Below the pieces are notes generated by a model. It saw only the letters and a list, made by a program, of their open reading frames with translations. It made no database searches and was not told the origin of the DNA. DNA of 63,281 nt, counting the filler, from Collodictyon triciliatum (taxonomy: Eukaryota), in assembly GCA_043381765.1 (NCBI GenBank). It is 7 parts of 7 records of this genome, joined end to end, with 100 filler letters (N's around TTAATTAATTAA, not from the genome) between each part and the next. Parts side by side here need not be neighbours in the genome. Positions count along the whole stretch, not along the records: positions 1 to 13,080 come from JBHJMP010002919.1; positions 13,181 to 22,902 come from JBHJMP010002920.1; positions 23,003 to 32,700 come from JBHJMP010002921.1; 4 more parts are not named here. One strand, written 5' to 3'. A program made the position numbers and the translations under genes. Of the stretch, positions 10,629 to 28,391 are shown one piece after another (position 1 is the first letter of the stretch; the number at the start of each line of letters is the position of its first letter).

Positions 10629-13080
10629 ATTGTCTACCATCAGTTTATCACAAGCATTATTCCCCCAGTTGGTGGAGTCGGGGCAATATCAACGGACAAA
10701 GTTTGATAGGGAGTACACTCTGGGAGAAAACAGATATTCCAAGCTAAACTATGAAATACCGAGCGACATACCCCCTCCAAAAAAAGCGGTGAATCACATG
10801 CAAGAGTCTTCCACATCAGTGCAATCCACTATACCATCAACACGCTCGCCGACAAAAAACTTGCCAATGGGTGACGATGAAGGTGTGATACAAACCGATG
10901 CCAGAATCACAACATCATCAAATCAATCACAGCAAACGCAAGAAAAAATCAAAGGAAGGCTAGTGGAGGGTCGGCTGAGCAAGGTTTCTTTCAAATAAAA
11001 ATAGTAAATTATAAAATTGTTCTGGAATACTTTTTCCAATATGAAATATCCAAGTCTATGAAAACCAATTAAAATTTGATAATTAAATGTCAGAATACAA
11101 TAATCAAAGCGTGGTGCCTGTACTTTTTTTTTACCAATAATTTTTTTAATAATACATACAGGACTATTTCATTCTTCAAGTTCTGAATTATTTTTTTTTG
11201 TTATGATACAGGATTATTGGAAAAGAGATGAACATTGCTGTACTTGTTACATTTGCCAGTCTTCTTTCAACATATTCCGTAGAAGACATCATTGTCGCTT
11301 GTGTGGGCAAATATTCTGTTCAGGGTAATATAATACTTCATCTGATTACTATATTTTCTCGCCTACAGCAAAACATAATCATGAAATTGAACAACCGGTG
11401 CATAATTAAAATTACAAAATAATTATTTCGTTAATCATTCAACTTGATATTAAATGACACCAGACTATGATAGGATATACATCAATTACAAAGTATAAGC
11501 ATATATGCTTTCTAAAGTTTCTCACCAATATCCTTGAAAACACTTAATGGCAGATGCACATGCTTCGTAGAGTTAAGAATGAAGAAGAAAGATTCCGAAA
11601 TATTTGAACTACAAGAACACAGAGTGTGTAATTACTGTTTTGAGTTCTGCAAAGAATTTTACTCAGGAAATACATCACTAAAATCAGGGTATACCTCACA
11701 TGTTATCAAAAATGTATGTAAAATCAAAATCTATGACCGATGTACATAATTTTTTTTTATTTACTTTCCTCGATAAAACTAAATAGCGCACCAAATAAGC
11801 TGAAAGAGCAAACATATCAATCAAAATTTGGTAAATTCCATGATCAAAACCAAGCTGCTCCATTCTTTTTTTTTTTTTTATTAATATATCTTATAACATA
11901 CGTTAATTACACCTTTTGTGCAATTTTTTGATTGACATAAGGCCGCATAATATTTTAACTTTTAGAAAGGAGTAATAGTTCATATTATTAAATAGCGAAT
12001 GAAAGTGATCAGAGCTTGGTGTTGACCAAAGGTGATCCTTCCAAATCAAGTACAAGGAAATCTGCTTACGAAAATATTAGACAGCAATTTGGGGTAAAAA
12101 CTTAATGACCAAAAATATGTTACTTGACAATATTATCTTAGCGGGATATATATCAGAGCAACAAAGTAATATTTAGGCAAATATATGAACGAATTTTTTT
12201 TCAATTCGAAAAAGGATGAGTAAAAATATAATTTTTTTATAATTCTTTCCCAATAGGAATCTGATGCGAATAAGAAAAATCTAAACGAAGATTTCGATGA
12301 TGAAGTTGATGGACTAAGAGGCTATAATGAATCCGAAAGGAGAAGAATGGAGGCAGAAGATAACGAACCGGAGGATGAACGCGATTTCGAGATAGATATA
12401 TCATCCAGTGAAAGTGAATCAGAAAGTGCACCCAAACCTATTCTTGCGCAGTATTCACATGATAATGAGGGTGTAAAGCAACGAAGGTCAACTTTCAAGA
12501 GACTATCTGGAATTAAATTTGATTCAACCTGGTTAGAACAGACACTAGGCGAGTATTTTCCCTATGGTTTCTTTCATTTTACTTTTCTTTGTAGTAGATT
12601 TTATTCAAATCGAGATCAAAAACATAGAAAATTTAGAAGGTCAATTTTTCTTTTATTAATCTATATTTATTTATATATTCTTCTTTTCAATTCTGAGTTC
12701 AATAACTTAAATCTGTCACTTTTTCTTCCGTAATTTAGTATCATATAATAATATGTCTTCTTTTAATAAAATTTTTGGATTGGATTAAAATTGTGCATCA
12801 AGGTCACGAAAAAGTTCGAGATTCTACAACTAGTGTGATTGTTGAGGAAGGTGACCACATCTATTCATATTTTTAAAATTAAGGAGCTTTACTCACTTCA
12901 GTCCTAAAGATTAGCCCTACATGATTTTCGATATATCTAATCAACTTCAGATCAATAAACAGGCTCCAAGGAGACTGATGATGTTTTGACGGAAATGATG
13001 GTGTCTCATGCAGAATTATTGATTAGAAAGGAGATGGCTGCCCGAAATCTGAGCGATGAATGGGCTGGTATATACTTGAT
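10629..13080 (+). CDS. N-terminal part of a FYVE-domain protein, probably PIKfyve/Fab1; truncated by the scaffold end
   Basis: Exon from ~11212 reads DYWKRDEHCCTCYICQSSFNIFRRRHHCRLCGQIFCSG and the next CTCF...HRVCNYC (WxxD, RRHHCR, RVC FYVE motifs). An acidic linker follows, then EMMVSHAELLIRKEMAARNLSDEWAG, resembling the segment before the Fab1 chaperonin-like domain. Confidence 0.65.
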
Positions 13081-13180
13081 NNNNNNNNNNNNNNNNNNNN
13101 NNNNNNNNNNNNNNNNNNNNNNNNTTAATTAATTAANNNNNNNNNNNNNNNNNNNNNNNNNNNNNNNNNNNNNNNNNNNN
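13081..13180. other. Artificial scaffold spacer (100 nt, Ns around TTAATTAATTAA); the same spacer occurs at 22903-23002, 32701-32800, 42465-42564, 52261-52360 and 62052-62151
   Basis: Same 100-nt layout each time; TTAATTAATTAA gives stop codons in all six frames. Confidence 0.95.
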
Positions 13181-13238
13181 GAAACAGTGTATTGATTATC
13201 TCAAGCATGGACTCTGCTATAAATCGCAAGTTTGGAGA

Positions 13239-13304
<66 letters not shown>

Positions 13305-13643
13305 TTTTTTTTTTTTTCCTTTCTTTTTTATGGCGATCATGTCTGGAGTAGAACAAGCAGGATTGATTTGTTGATGGGATGGGAGTGGAACCGAGTAGGC
13401 AGGCTAGGGTTAGGGGTTATCCGCTTACTTTCGTCTTCGCGTGAAAGATATATGAGAAAAAAAAAAGCGAGAAAGACGGGTAATCATTCCATCGGAAGCA
13501 AACATGACAGAAATAAAGAGAGGGTAAAAGAAGAGGGCATATATGAAGATATATGGATTATTGCAAGGACAGGAGGGGCGATAGAAAAGGAGGGCGAGCA
13601 TATGTGTTCACGAGGGGAGAAAAAAAAACAATTGGAGGCGCGC

Positions 13644-15651
13644 CTAGTCGAACCAACCACTACGAGCGCCAACAATACCGGCAAAGACGACGGCGCCGAT
13701 AGACTAGACAAAAACACGGTAAGCAAAATAAGGTGTGCAGGAGAATGATGAGAAAGAGATATTGAAAATGACATCCAGGAGAGACTAGGACTAGACAGTT
13801 GAGCTCAATGAAAACAGAAAATGACAATGAAAATGAAAATAAAAATAAAAAAACTGAAAAAAAGAAAAAGAAAAAGAAAAAGGAGAGATGGAAACTGAAA
13901 AAAGTAGGAAAAAATGAAGAGAAAACTGAAGAAAAGAAGAAAAAGGAAAAGGAAAAGGAAAAGGAAAAGGAAAAGGAAAAGGAAAAGAAAAAGGAAAAGG
14001 AAAAGAAAAAGAAGAAAAAGAAGAAAAAGAACAAAGGAGAGGAGTATACACAGATGGGCCACCTGGTTGGCTATGAACTTGTCCATGCAGTCGTCGGCAT
14101 TTGCAAGGTCCATGGTGGAAACCTGCCAGGCAAAGTGTCCGGCGGTGTATGCGAGGGAGGCGTAGTAGGGCCAGGAGAGGTTAGCGGTTGCGCCGGTGAC
14201 TGCGAGGCCGGCCACGGTGAGTGCGGAGAAGCCGGTGAGGTAGCGCTTGGTGTCGTCGCCAAAGAGGACGGCGGTGGACTTGACGCCGTGCTTGATGTCG
14301 TCGAGGCGGTCCTGGTGGGCGTAGATGGTGTCGTAGTGGACGGTCCAGGCCACGCCCGCCAGGTACATGGGCAGGACGGCCGGCAGGTGCAGCGACCCGT
14401 GCATGGCCGACCACGCCAGGGGGATCCCGCCGTTGTACGTCACCCCGAGCACCACCTGCGGCCAGTGCGTCACGCGCTTCATCAGCGGGTACACCATCCC
14501 CAGCAGGAAGTTGGACACGCCGAGGACAAAGCTGCGGGCATCGGGCATCGGGCATCGGGCGGTGTGTTTGTGTGTTTGTGTGTTTGTGTGTTTGTGTGTT
14601 TGTGTGTGTGAGGGCGTTTGTCTGTTGATATGTGTAGGTGCATATGTGTATGTATGCATGTGTATATATGTGCCTTGTCTTATCCAGTGTCGCCATCATC
14701 GCAAGCGGGATGGCGGCCTGCGCAACCATGAAGCCGAATGCCTCCGGGATGCTCAGCTCGCCGGCGGCGATCGGGCGGGTGGAAGTGCGCGACACCTGAT
14801 GCGGGCCGACCAGACGGAAGGCGGCTGAGTAGAATGTCCGCCACGCCGAGCAGAAAGACAAACAGACAAACAGACAAACATACAGACACAGGCAGATGTA
14901 TATATGCGTGTATATGCTCATGAGGGGAGAAGTGTATGAGGATAGAGAAGAAGAAGGAAGACCTTGCGATCAACGTCCTGGTCGAGAATCTCGTTGATCA
15001 CACACCCCGCGCCTCGCCAGAAGAAGGAGCCCACGCCAAACATGGCCAGCGTGTACGGATCAGGCAGCCGACCGTGCGGAGTGGCCAGGGCGACGCCCCA
15101 CCAGCAGGGCCACAGCAGCAGCAGCGTCCCGATCGGCTTGTCCATGCGGGCCGACTTGAGGTACGGCTGCGGGCGTCCATGGCGATGAGTGTTTACACAG
15201 CGGATAGGAGGAGGAGGAGGAGGAGGAGGGAATCAAGAGGCGCCTGTTTTTTCCAGAGAAGGCATCAGCGCACCGCGAGGGCGCCTGCGCTTCAATCAGA
15301 CACCAGAGAGAGAGAGAGAAAGAAAGAAAGAAGGGGAATGACCTGGACATGCTTGGGGAAGTACACGTCGATCCAGGTGGTCTTGGACTTTGGCTTCTCC
15401 ACGATGTATGCCTGCTCGACCGGGAGGGCGTTGGAGAGGGAGAGGGAGGAGGAGGAGGAGAGGAGGCGGCCGAGGGCGGAAGGGGCGCGGATTCCCAGGC
15501 GGATGCTGTTGGAGGAGGCGAGGCTGCAGCGAGGAGGGAGTCGGGTTGGTTTCGGGTGGTTTGCGATGCGCTCAAAGGGTCGGCACTTTCGGCCTGTTTG
15601 GGTTGCGGGGACAAACCGGGAGGCCAGGGAGAGTGCAGACGCGCCCAGCAT
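13644..15651 (-). CDS. COQ2: 4-hydroxybenzoate polyprenyltransferase (UbiA family), mitochondrial-type
   Basis: Exons 15651-15343, 15166-14963, 14795-14674, 14531-14063, 13703-13644. Motifs [66 protein letters not shown]...GVKSTA; Arg/Ser-rich presequence. Confidence 0.95.
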
Positions 15652-16255
15652 GGCTTCCAGCAGGCGGGCAGCGGGCAGTGGGCGGGTGTTGTTGCAGAGG
15701 GGCGGTCGTTCGGCTGTGTGGTGTCTCTGAGCGAGGTGCTGCGTGGTGGGATAAGAGCGGTTGTGTGATTAGAGTCCATAACGGGGTGCTGAATGAGTGG
15801 AAACGATGTCTTCCGCATATGGGTGGTGCACAGGGAATAGTCTGTGTTTTGCGAGGAAAGCCGAGATGGGTGGGCGCTGTGAAACAAATAGATGCAGTTG
15901 CATACATGCAAATAGGAAAAAATGGACATAGAAGGGTCGTAGATGCTATGATTAGATGTTGAAAATGAGCCGATGCAATATATTCCACATGCGTAAAAAA
16001 TAGGATTCAAAATTTAAAAAAAGATGGATCTGATCCAAACCACCACGGCTTCCCTCTCAAACACGCAGCCAATATACATCCGCCACAACCGCGTGCAATC
16101 CTCTCTGCTGAGCCCTCTCACCCAACCAACTTGCCTGCACAAGAGTAACTCATGCCCACATTTGAACCGCAGGTCTGCAACACAAGCAGCAGAAGCGCAA
16201 GAACTCAAACACACAAACACACAAACACACAAACGCAAACACAGACAACTGCAGT

Positions 16256-16747
16256 ATGAGCTTCCAGCTTCCGATTGATCTAGCAAACATATTTAGTGTC
16301 GTGCCAGCGAGCCAAATCCTCGGCCTCGTCGCGACTTTCGGAGACAAACTCGTTGTCTTTGCACAGAAAGCACTGCCTGTTCTCTACAATACCCTCATGG
16401 AAAACGTCTCAACCTGTGTTGCAAGCGCACGTGAATATGACTGGAGCAACCTGACGACGGATCTGTTGGAAAGCACGGTGCTCCACTACTTCCTGGCCTA
16501 TCTCGCCATCACTCTTTTGCTATCTTCGTTCCTCTACACCGTGGCCAGGCAGATGATCAAAACCTATCTTGTCTTTATCAAAATCGTATTATTTTTCTTC
16601 ATCCCGGAAAGCATCCTGCTCTACCTGTCCTACGCACACGTTGTGCCTTTCGCTGCAACCTGTTTGGCGCGTCTGGAGGAGCCGTGGAGTCTTTTTCTCC
16701 GATTCATATCCGAGCCAGACAGCCCCACCAGCCAAGGCGTGGAGTGA
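16256..16747 (+). CDS. Hypothetical 163-aa membrane protein, divergent from COQ2
   Basis: Uninterrupted ORF with 2-3 hydrophobic segments (VLHYFLAYLAITLLLSSFLY; YLVFIKIVLFFFIPESILLYL) and coding-like GC content; no family recognised. Confidence 0.55.
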   Translation: MSFQLPIDLANIFSVVPASQILGLVATFGDKLVVFAQKALPVLYNTLMENVSTCVASAREYDWSNLTTDLLESTVLHYFLAYLAITLLLSSFLYTVARQMIKTYLVFIKIVLFFFIPESILLYLSYAHVVPFAATCLARLEEPWSLFLRFISEPDSPTSQGVE

Positions 16748-17196
16748 AGCATCTTAATATTGAGGCTCAGATAGCTGTGTGCATGGAGGCCCGGATGCAT
16801 TAAAGCGGAACAGAACAATAAAATAATAAATTGGTTTTGCTCAATATAAAACAGAGTTGAAGAAAAAAAAGATATTATTTTTGGTTTCTTTCCTTCTCTC
16901 CAGGAGCAATCATACCTTTTTTTGAAAACTAGAATGGCATCATTAGGTGCGTTTGTCTGTGTTAGATGAATCAGAATCTCCTCATCTTGCCTACCTGGTT
17001 GTGTGCGTGCTGGAGGTTGCAAGGCTTGCAAGGCTTGATCAAGAGCGACGACAAACAAGATGCGAGGCCAAACTATAAGTCTTCATGACCGAGAAAGCCA
17101 TGAATTTTTTTCCTTGACTGAAAACAAGGTTGGGGGTTCGAGGTTGTCTATGAAATGGTGGCTAAACAGTTTGCTCGCTTTCTAGGACACCGCGCG

Positions 17197-17301
17197 ATGG
17201 CTGTGGGTTTGCTGATTGGAACTTTGATTTACGTCGCTTTGTGGTTCGGTGGACTCACAGCCGCAAGGCGGATGTTCAAGGATGCTGATCCCAGGTGCTA
17301 A
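17197..17301 (+). CDS. Candidate 34-aa single-TM microprotein, or the terminal exon of the upstream gene
   Basis: MAVGLLIGTLIYVALWFGGLTAARRMFKDADPRC*; preceded by a branch-like GCTAAAC and acceptor TTTCTAG at ~17185. Confidence 0.35.
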   Translation: MAVGLLIGTLIYVALWFGGLTAARRMFKDADPRC

Positions 17302-18267
17302 TGAGATAGATATCTTGCCCATATATATTCGCAGCTTAGGGCTTTCAATCCATGTTGCTTCAGTTGACGCGCCGCGTTTTCATTTTTATATGACATCTAT
17401 ATGTTCCGCTGTGATACATCCTTGGGCTTTTTTTTTTAATATTAATATTTGTCCCAATAAGAAAAAAATTATCTTAAATGACAATTCAATACGCTATCGA
17501 ACATGTTTTCTATCGAAAATAGCTTTGAATACTTGGTTATTTGACTAAGTTACAATTGTGCTTTATTTTGTCTTTTTGGTCTCACTGAATAGTTTAATTC
17601 GGCTCTTGGTAACTTTGGGGGTTGTGTGCATGTGGCTTCTGTAAGTACACATTATAATTAGCAGATGCTTTAAAAGATGTGAATGATTTGAACACTGGGA
17701 TATGTTGCCCGATACATCTGCCATTTAATCCTTCGGTACTCTCAAAGTCCATTCGCTGGCAAAATGCTGACGCAAAGACATCCAAGAGTAACAAAATTGT
17801 TTCATTTAACTAACAACCACCCCACATTCATCAAAATGTTGAAATAAAAGGTGGTTCTGTGTCTACCTTGCGCAACTCCATCCCCTCGTAGTCCCCCAGC
17901 GAAAAGATGAGTAACTACGCGAGTGTCGGTGTACGAACTCATTCCCAGCAAGAATCATGACGCCACCATTTCTCGCCTGCCTACGATCTGTCCCGCATCA
18001 TTTTTGCGCTTTTTTTCTTTCTCCTTTGTGCATCGCCTCACTTACACCTTCATCAATGAAAAATACAGACAAATATTGATAGCTAAAACGATGTTCAGAA
18101 ATTAGAACTATCATTATACCGTATATTTTTTTTTGTGTGTGTCTAATTCCAAAGAAATGAAAATAGAAACGTAGCCGAATAAATGTTTTTGCATCGTTTT
18201 TTTTTTTGGTTTTTTTTTTGAAAAGGATATCCAAAAAAAAAAAAACATATGGAATGATATTGTAGGG

Positions 18268-22699
<4,432 letters not shown>

Positions 22700-22802
22700 C
22701 CTCTTTGTCTCTGTCTCTGTTCTTCTGGTGACTCTGTTGGTGGAGGTTTCCTTCGTTCGATCTTGCCTACCAAAACCTCCCGTCAATTAGCCTGACATAG
22801 TT

Positions 22803-22902
<100 letters not shown>

Positions 22903-23157
22903 NNNNNNNNNNNNNNNNNNNNNNNNNNNNNNNNNNNNNNNNNNNNTTAATTAATTAANNNNNNNNNNNNNNNNNNNNNNNNNNNNNNNNNNNNNNNNNN
23001 NNTTTTGCTTTTTTCTTTTTGCTTTTTGCTTTTTTTTTTTTATTCCTTTCCTTGAACTATTGTTCATTTCTGACCATTCAGTGCCAACCTGGATTTCCTT
23101 TTGCCCTGTAGGCCAAACGTGTGATATACCCTTAAAGACAGATCAATAAAGAGCGAG

Positions 23158-26100
23158 ATGAATACGGCAGATCAGCTCATGGAGTTACTTCGCCTTAGAA
23201 TACGAACGTGCTGTGATCAACGCGAGATTTATCAACCTATTCACCAATTGCCTTACATTCTCACTGAAGGCATGGGTTCCACTTACTTGGCAACTTTCTT
23301 GCAGATATCTTTAAGTGAAGCGACTAATAGAAAAAAGAGGATACACCACCCCCCTGCGAATGAAAGTAATAATTTCATAATAGGTGTAAGAAGCATGTAT
23401 CGCCATAGGATATTATGAAACACATGCATAAGATGAACTGTAACTGCTTTGTGGCAAAATCTTCCGATAAAATATTCTTTTATAAAACAGTATTTTATTT
23501 CATGTGGAGGAGTACATATCTAAGTGTTTATAAATTCATTAACGCGACCATAAAGTCTTCATATTTTATGAATTTTTTTGAAAAATAAAAGACATGAACC
23601 ATTTTCTGTTTATTAGGTCCTCATTTTTCATCTGCTCTAGACATGATGAGTGATAAGCTTCAAAACGAAACTACAACATCCTCATTCAACGAGCTTGATG
23701 CTTCAGAAATTGATATGTTTGTTACGGTCATTCAATCTTGCAAGGAAAACTCTGCATTTCTTCAACAAGATGGATGTTTTGAATTTTATGAAAGAATGGA
23801 ATCAGTCATTAAATCATCTATGGGCCATTACAATATTGATTCCAAGACTTACAAAAAGTACTTGGATAAACTGATATCCAACATGAAACTTTACCTGTAC
23901 AGACCCCAAAACCTAAATCAGAGCCTGTCTTTCATAACAGATATTTGTGACAAGGGTGAGATAGTCGCCTTGCTCAATATTTTTTTACACGCTAACCATT
24001 ATGTCGATGACATAGTCGAGCTTATAATATGGTTGATGTCAACGGACAACGAGCGAATTATCGGCAACTCATTCGCCATTGATAACCTCAGAATCTTTAG
24101 TCAGTTTTGTTGCTTTCCTGACTCGAACGAAATTAAGTTAAGTGAGCTTTACAAGTTGAATCCTTCAGACCTGCCGTTACCATCACCAGTGGCAGATACA
24201 TCTAAAGATTATGACCAATTCAGTTCTTGGATAAATAAGATGTTCAATCCAAATGCCAGGAACTCGCCCATTGAAAGGCCAACTATCGACAGAAGTGATT
24301 TTATTGATACAGTCGGCTTCTTACAAAACCCATCACAATTACCTCTGTTAGGTACTCTTGGCGGCATCGCATCCTTTCATTCGCCTCCAACTCAACCGGA
24401 AAGTCAATGGCAAAGAGCAAATAGGATGATTGGAAATCTACAATCATTTTCTTTGGGTATACCTAGCTATAACACAAGTATGAAGTTATCTGAGCTCAGC
24501 CTGAAATCACAATGTTCTTTTTCAGCTTTAAATGAACTCTTACAACACCCAACAACTTATGCATGTGCAAACCACAAAGAATGGATATTCATCCTAAACC
24601 AAGGTGGACTCTTTTCTATAGACATGAAAAAAATGGCACATCAATGTGTGCACTTATTGTCTAGGCAGTCAACTATCCTGACAGATAGTGATCATTTGCT
24701 TCGAATAAAAAATTATGTTCTTCATGTGTCTCCCGCAAGAGGGTTATCAAGAATAGTTTATGATATTGAACATCTACCTAGTCAAAGAGGAAATCAAGCA
24801 ACAAGTAACCTCGTATATCAAAATATTGTGGTACCACCTTCTGGCTCTTTAGTCACAGAGATCCAGAATTTAATTGCCAAAAACTTCTTTGGGATCAATA
24901 AAAAAGTGTCATTATCATTTTGCCAAACCGACGCAACAATGTTTTACTTTTACCTTGAACCGAAGAGCTTGGAAGCAGAATCTGCTGGCGCAAGGCTCTA
25001 TAATCATACTGACTTGCATTATCAACCTTACATAACCAGAATCAACACATATTCAATTCGAGATTACAAAAATATTGAACTGTATGGCTTCGAAAAAGAA
25101 TTTGAATTTAAACTAAACAGAGAATCTAAGAGAGGTGCATCTAAAAAATGTGGCTATTCTATTTTTGCAAATGACCTTACCCTTGTCATATACACGATTA
25201 ATTACTCCACTGACCAAAATATTCTTTTATACTTTAACATCGCAGACGGGTCATATTTAGGAAAGAAATTATTCAACGGTGCCTTGTCCATTGAACCATC
25301 CAATCGAAATATCTTTTACTATAAACAGGATATTGATTCTGTTGCAATTCCTTTACTAACCCGTGGGAGTGTACTTGGACTTTTCCCTATTTTCGGAAAT
25401 AGTGCACGCCACTATCTTCCTGAAAAAATGATTACCTTACGCACCTATTCTATTTGGAAAAGAGTGCACGAAGATGAGTTTTGCACCTCTGAAGTGGCTT
25501 CAAGAAAAATATCTACGTCTCATGCATCTTTCCATACACTTGGGTATGATATTTTAATTGACATGGCATATGGCAGAGGATTTATTCATACAGCTGCTGA
25601 ATTGATGGAAAATCAAGACTCTATCAATTCCACAATACGGAGCTTCATTCACATCATTGAATATATGATATCATTAAAAGCACCAGAAGACTGTTCATCC
25701 TTTGATTTAACGAGCGGCTGCGATTACGAATATCTCAAAATTCATATACAATTTTTTATCTATGGCCGATTGGTTTCTTTCCTACTATCCAGGATTTATT
25801 CTCCGAGGCCATCCAAGATTCATCATAATCGAAATTTGATTGAATGTATATGTCTTTTATTCAAGCATATTCAAAAGGCAATTACACACAATTTGACAAA
25901 CTGCCCCAAATTAGTTGTTGAGCAACTCCTTTTGATAACTAATCAAATACAAATGGGAGGAAAGTTCACTCTTGATATGGTTGATTTTATACTCGCTTTC
26001 ACAAAAAATCCCAACATCATTTGCTGGAATTTATATCTACTTGACGAACTGCTACCCGAAAGTGGTCATCACACATCAAATCTTTCAGAAAATTCGACAT

Positions 26101-28323
26101 GTTTCTATTTAGAAGGTATAAGAGTAATTCTGCTTTCTATGTTAGATTCAGGATTTGACGATGCAATCAAGTATAAAATTCACTTACATTCTTTGAGCAT
26201 AGCAAAAGATGCTACTGCAATAGATATGATTTTTCAGCATATGGATAAAATCACATCTCTTTTGATTCATTTTGAAACTGACCTTCTAAATATAATCTCA
26301 AAAACCTCTGTATCCACCAAAATATGGAAGTGCTTCGTCAAACTCATCGGATGCGTTCTAGACAATTTAATTTCCTCTACGTTTCGATTAAATGATTTAC
26401 AATATGAATTTGTAACACAAAACATATCTATTCATTCAATTTGTAAAATACCTGATGTACCTAAAGATGCCGATTATCCTGAATTCATCACAATATTCTT
26501 CCATACTTTATGTTTTGCAGTAAACATAAAACAAGTTTCTTTATTTATAAGCAAAATGATAAGTATGTCTCTTAAGTACGGGATACCTTTGGATATTTTC
26601 AAGTTTCTAAGCAAACAGTTCAACTCTTTAGAGAGTCAAATTTTAAGTAATGGGAGGACAAAGGCAAACACAACAAAATCTGGTGAACTACCAAAAGGAG
26701 TTCGGTCAATTGAATTTCCCATAAACCAAAGCGATGCTCAATCGGAAATACACAAAATAAAGATAGAAGATGCAGACTTTGTTCTTGTAGCATGCCACTC
26801 TAATTCAACGTTTCCCGTAACAGCTGAAATATCGATATTTGAAGGAGCCCACCTGGAGACGTGTGTTTTTAATTACAACCACAAAAATTTTACTAGCCTC
26901 CCAATATTCGTTCCTGGGAATGAAATACGTATAGTTTTTTCGAAGCTCAAATCGTTCTCTGACACTCACTCCAAAGGGGTATTGGAATCATATTCACGAA
27001 TTAAAATCGAAGGGCATACATTATTCTCATCAACACCTTTTCAGTTGATCAGAGATGTATTATTTTTTGGGTTGGTCAATATCAGTGTAAAGACGCCTTC
27101 AGAAAACAACTTCGAAACGGTCTTTTTGGAGCAAAATAACATATTTGGACCTTTCTTAAACTTTGATATTGCACAAAAAATGCTTTACTGTGATCAACAT
27201 GATCACGTAAACCAAACAGTTTGGGGAAACGGCATCTGTGAGGTTGAAAATTTGTCATTTGTGAGCCCCACTGTGGACTCTCTATCTGCAAATGAATTAA
27301 TTCGATACAAGGATGAAAGATTATTGTTTGACTACGGAACTCCTTCGAATATATCATTCATAGGGAATCTATCGCACTGGCTTGATGGAGAACCGAATTC
27401 AAGTTATACCCCATATTTCGATTCCAATATGAATTTTAATGAATCTAAACTGAAACAATCTATTTTTTCATGTTATCTCTTCCAATGTAATTTGCAAAAA
27501 ACCTTCTTTGACGAGGTTAGAGGAGTAAATATGGCCCACTCGACAAAATTGTATTGGTCCCAGTATTTCTTGAAAGGAAAGTACCGACATTTCATCAATT
27601 ATTACAAAAGAACAATAGCTGCTCTTCAACCCATGCTAGATCATTACCATAGAGTCTACCAGGAGGACCATAATCCGATCAAAAAACAAATAATATCGGC
27701 TTTGGAAGAAATCATCTCGTTCTGCGAGATGACGGTCCTATTTGGCAGACAGGGAAACACTAGAAAGCACAGCAGATCTTTGAAAATAGTATCTATTCAA
27801 GGGGAAAACATAATATTAGCCACAACACAGCAAAGTAAGAGCATTAAAAAGCCATCTACATCCCCTGATATTCTTACTTCTCCAAGAAATAAAAGTTTAG
27901 AGGGTATATGCACTAAAGCATCAAAGGTATTATCGGTCACCCTTTTCTGTGTGCTTGTGGCACAAAAACTAAAGAGACGCCTCAAAACAAAAAGAAAAGT
28001 GACGGATAATTGTAATACTGTTATGGATATAATATCGGAACTAGCTCGAAATTTCGAATCTTCTACTGGCATTTGGTCTCAGAAGAAAAAATCAGCTCAG
28101 AACAATACAAGATATATAAAGTCAAAAATAGAAAGCTATGTGTTTTTACAAAATGCTTTATCGGCTTTGTCAGATCCAGACTTACACAAGTCTTTGATAG
28201 CATGTATTCTATATCAAATGAGAGGTAAATGCCGATTTTAAAATCTTTATATGAATCTCATTCAATGTATTTTTTTGTATTTTTTTCTAGAGAATATTGC
28301 CTTCTTGAATTTCGTAGACACGG

Positions 28324-28391
<68 letters not shown>

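Noticed and set aside
9496-10747. Long ORFs spanning N runs (also 55402-56260 and 58182-58619)
   Set aside because: Artefacts of translating gaps.
13125-13136. Recurrent palindromic TTAATTAATTAA as a biological element
   Set aside because: Always embedded in a 100-nt N-spacer; it is a six-frame stop linker added during assembly.
13799-15962. Plus-strand ORFs of 150-270 aa overlapping COQ2
   Set aside because: Antisense shadows of GC-rich codons plus purine-rich repeats; no family motifs.
17594-17990. Possible small minus-strand spliced gene
   Set aside because: Splice-like signals are present, but there is no convincing frame or homology.
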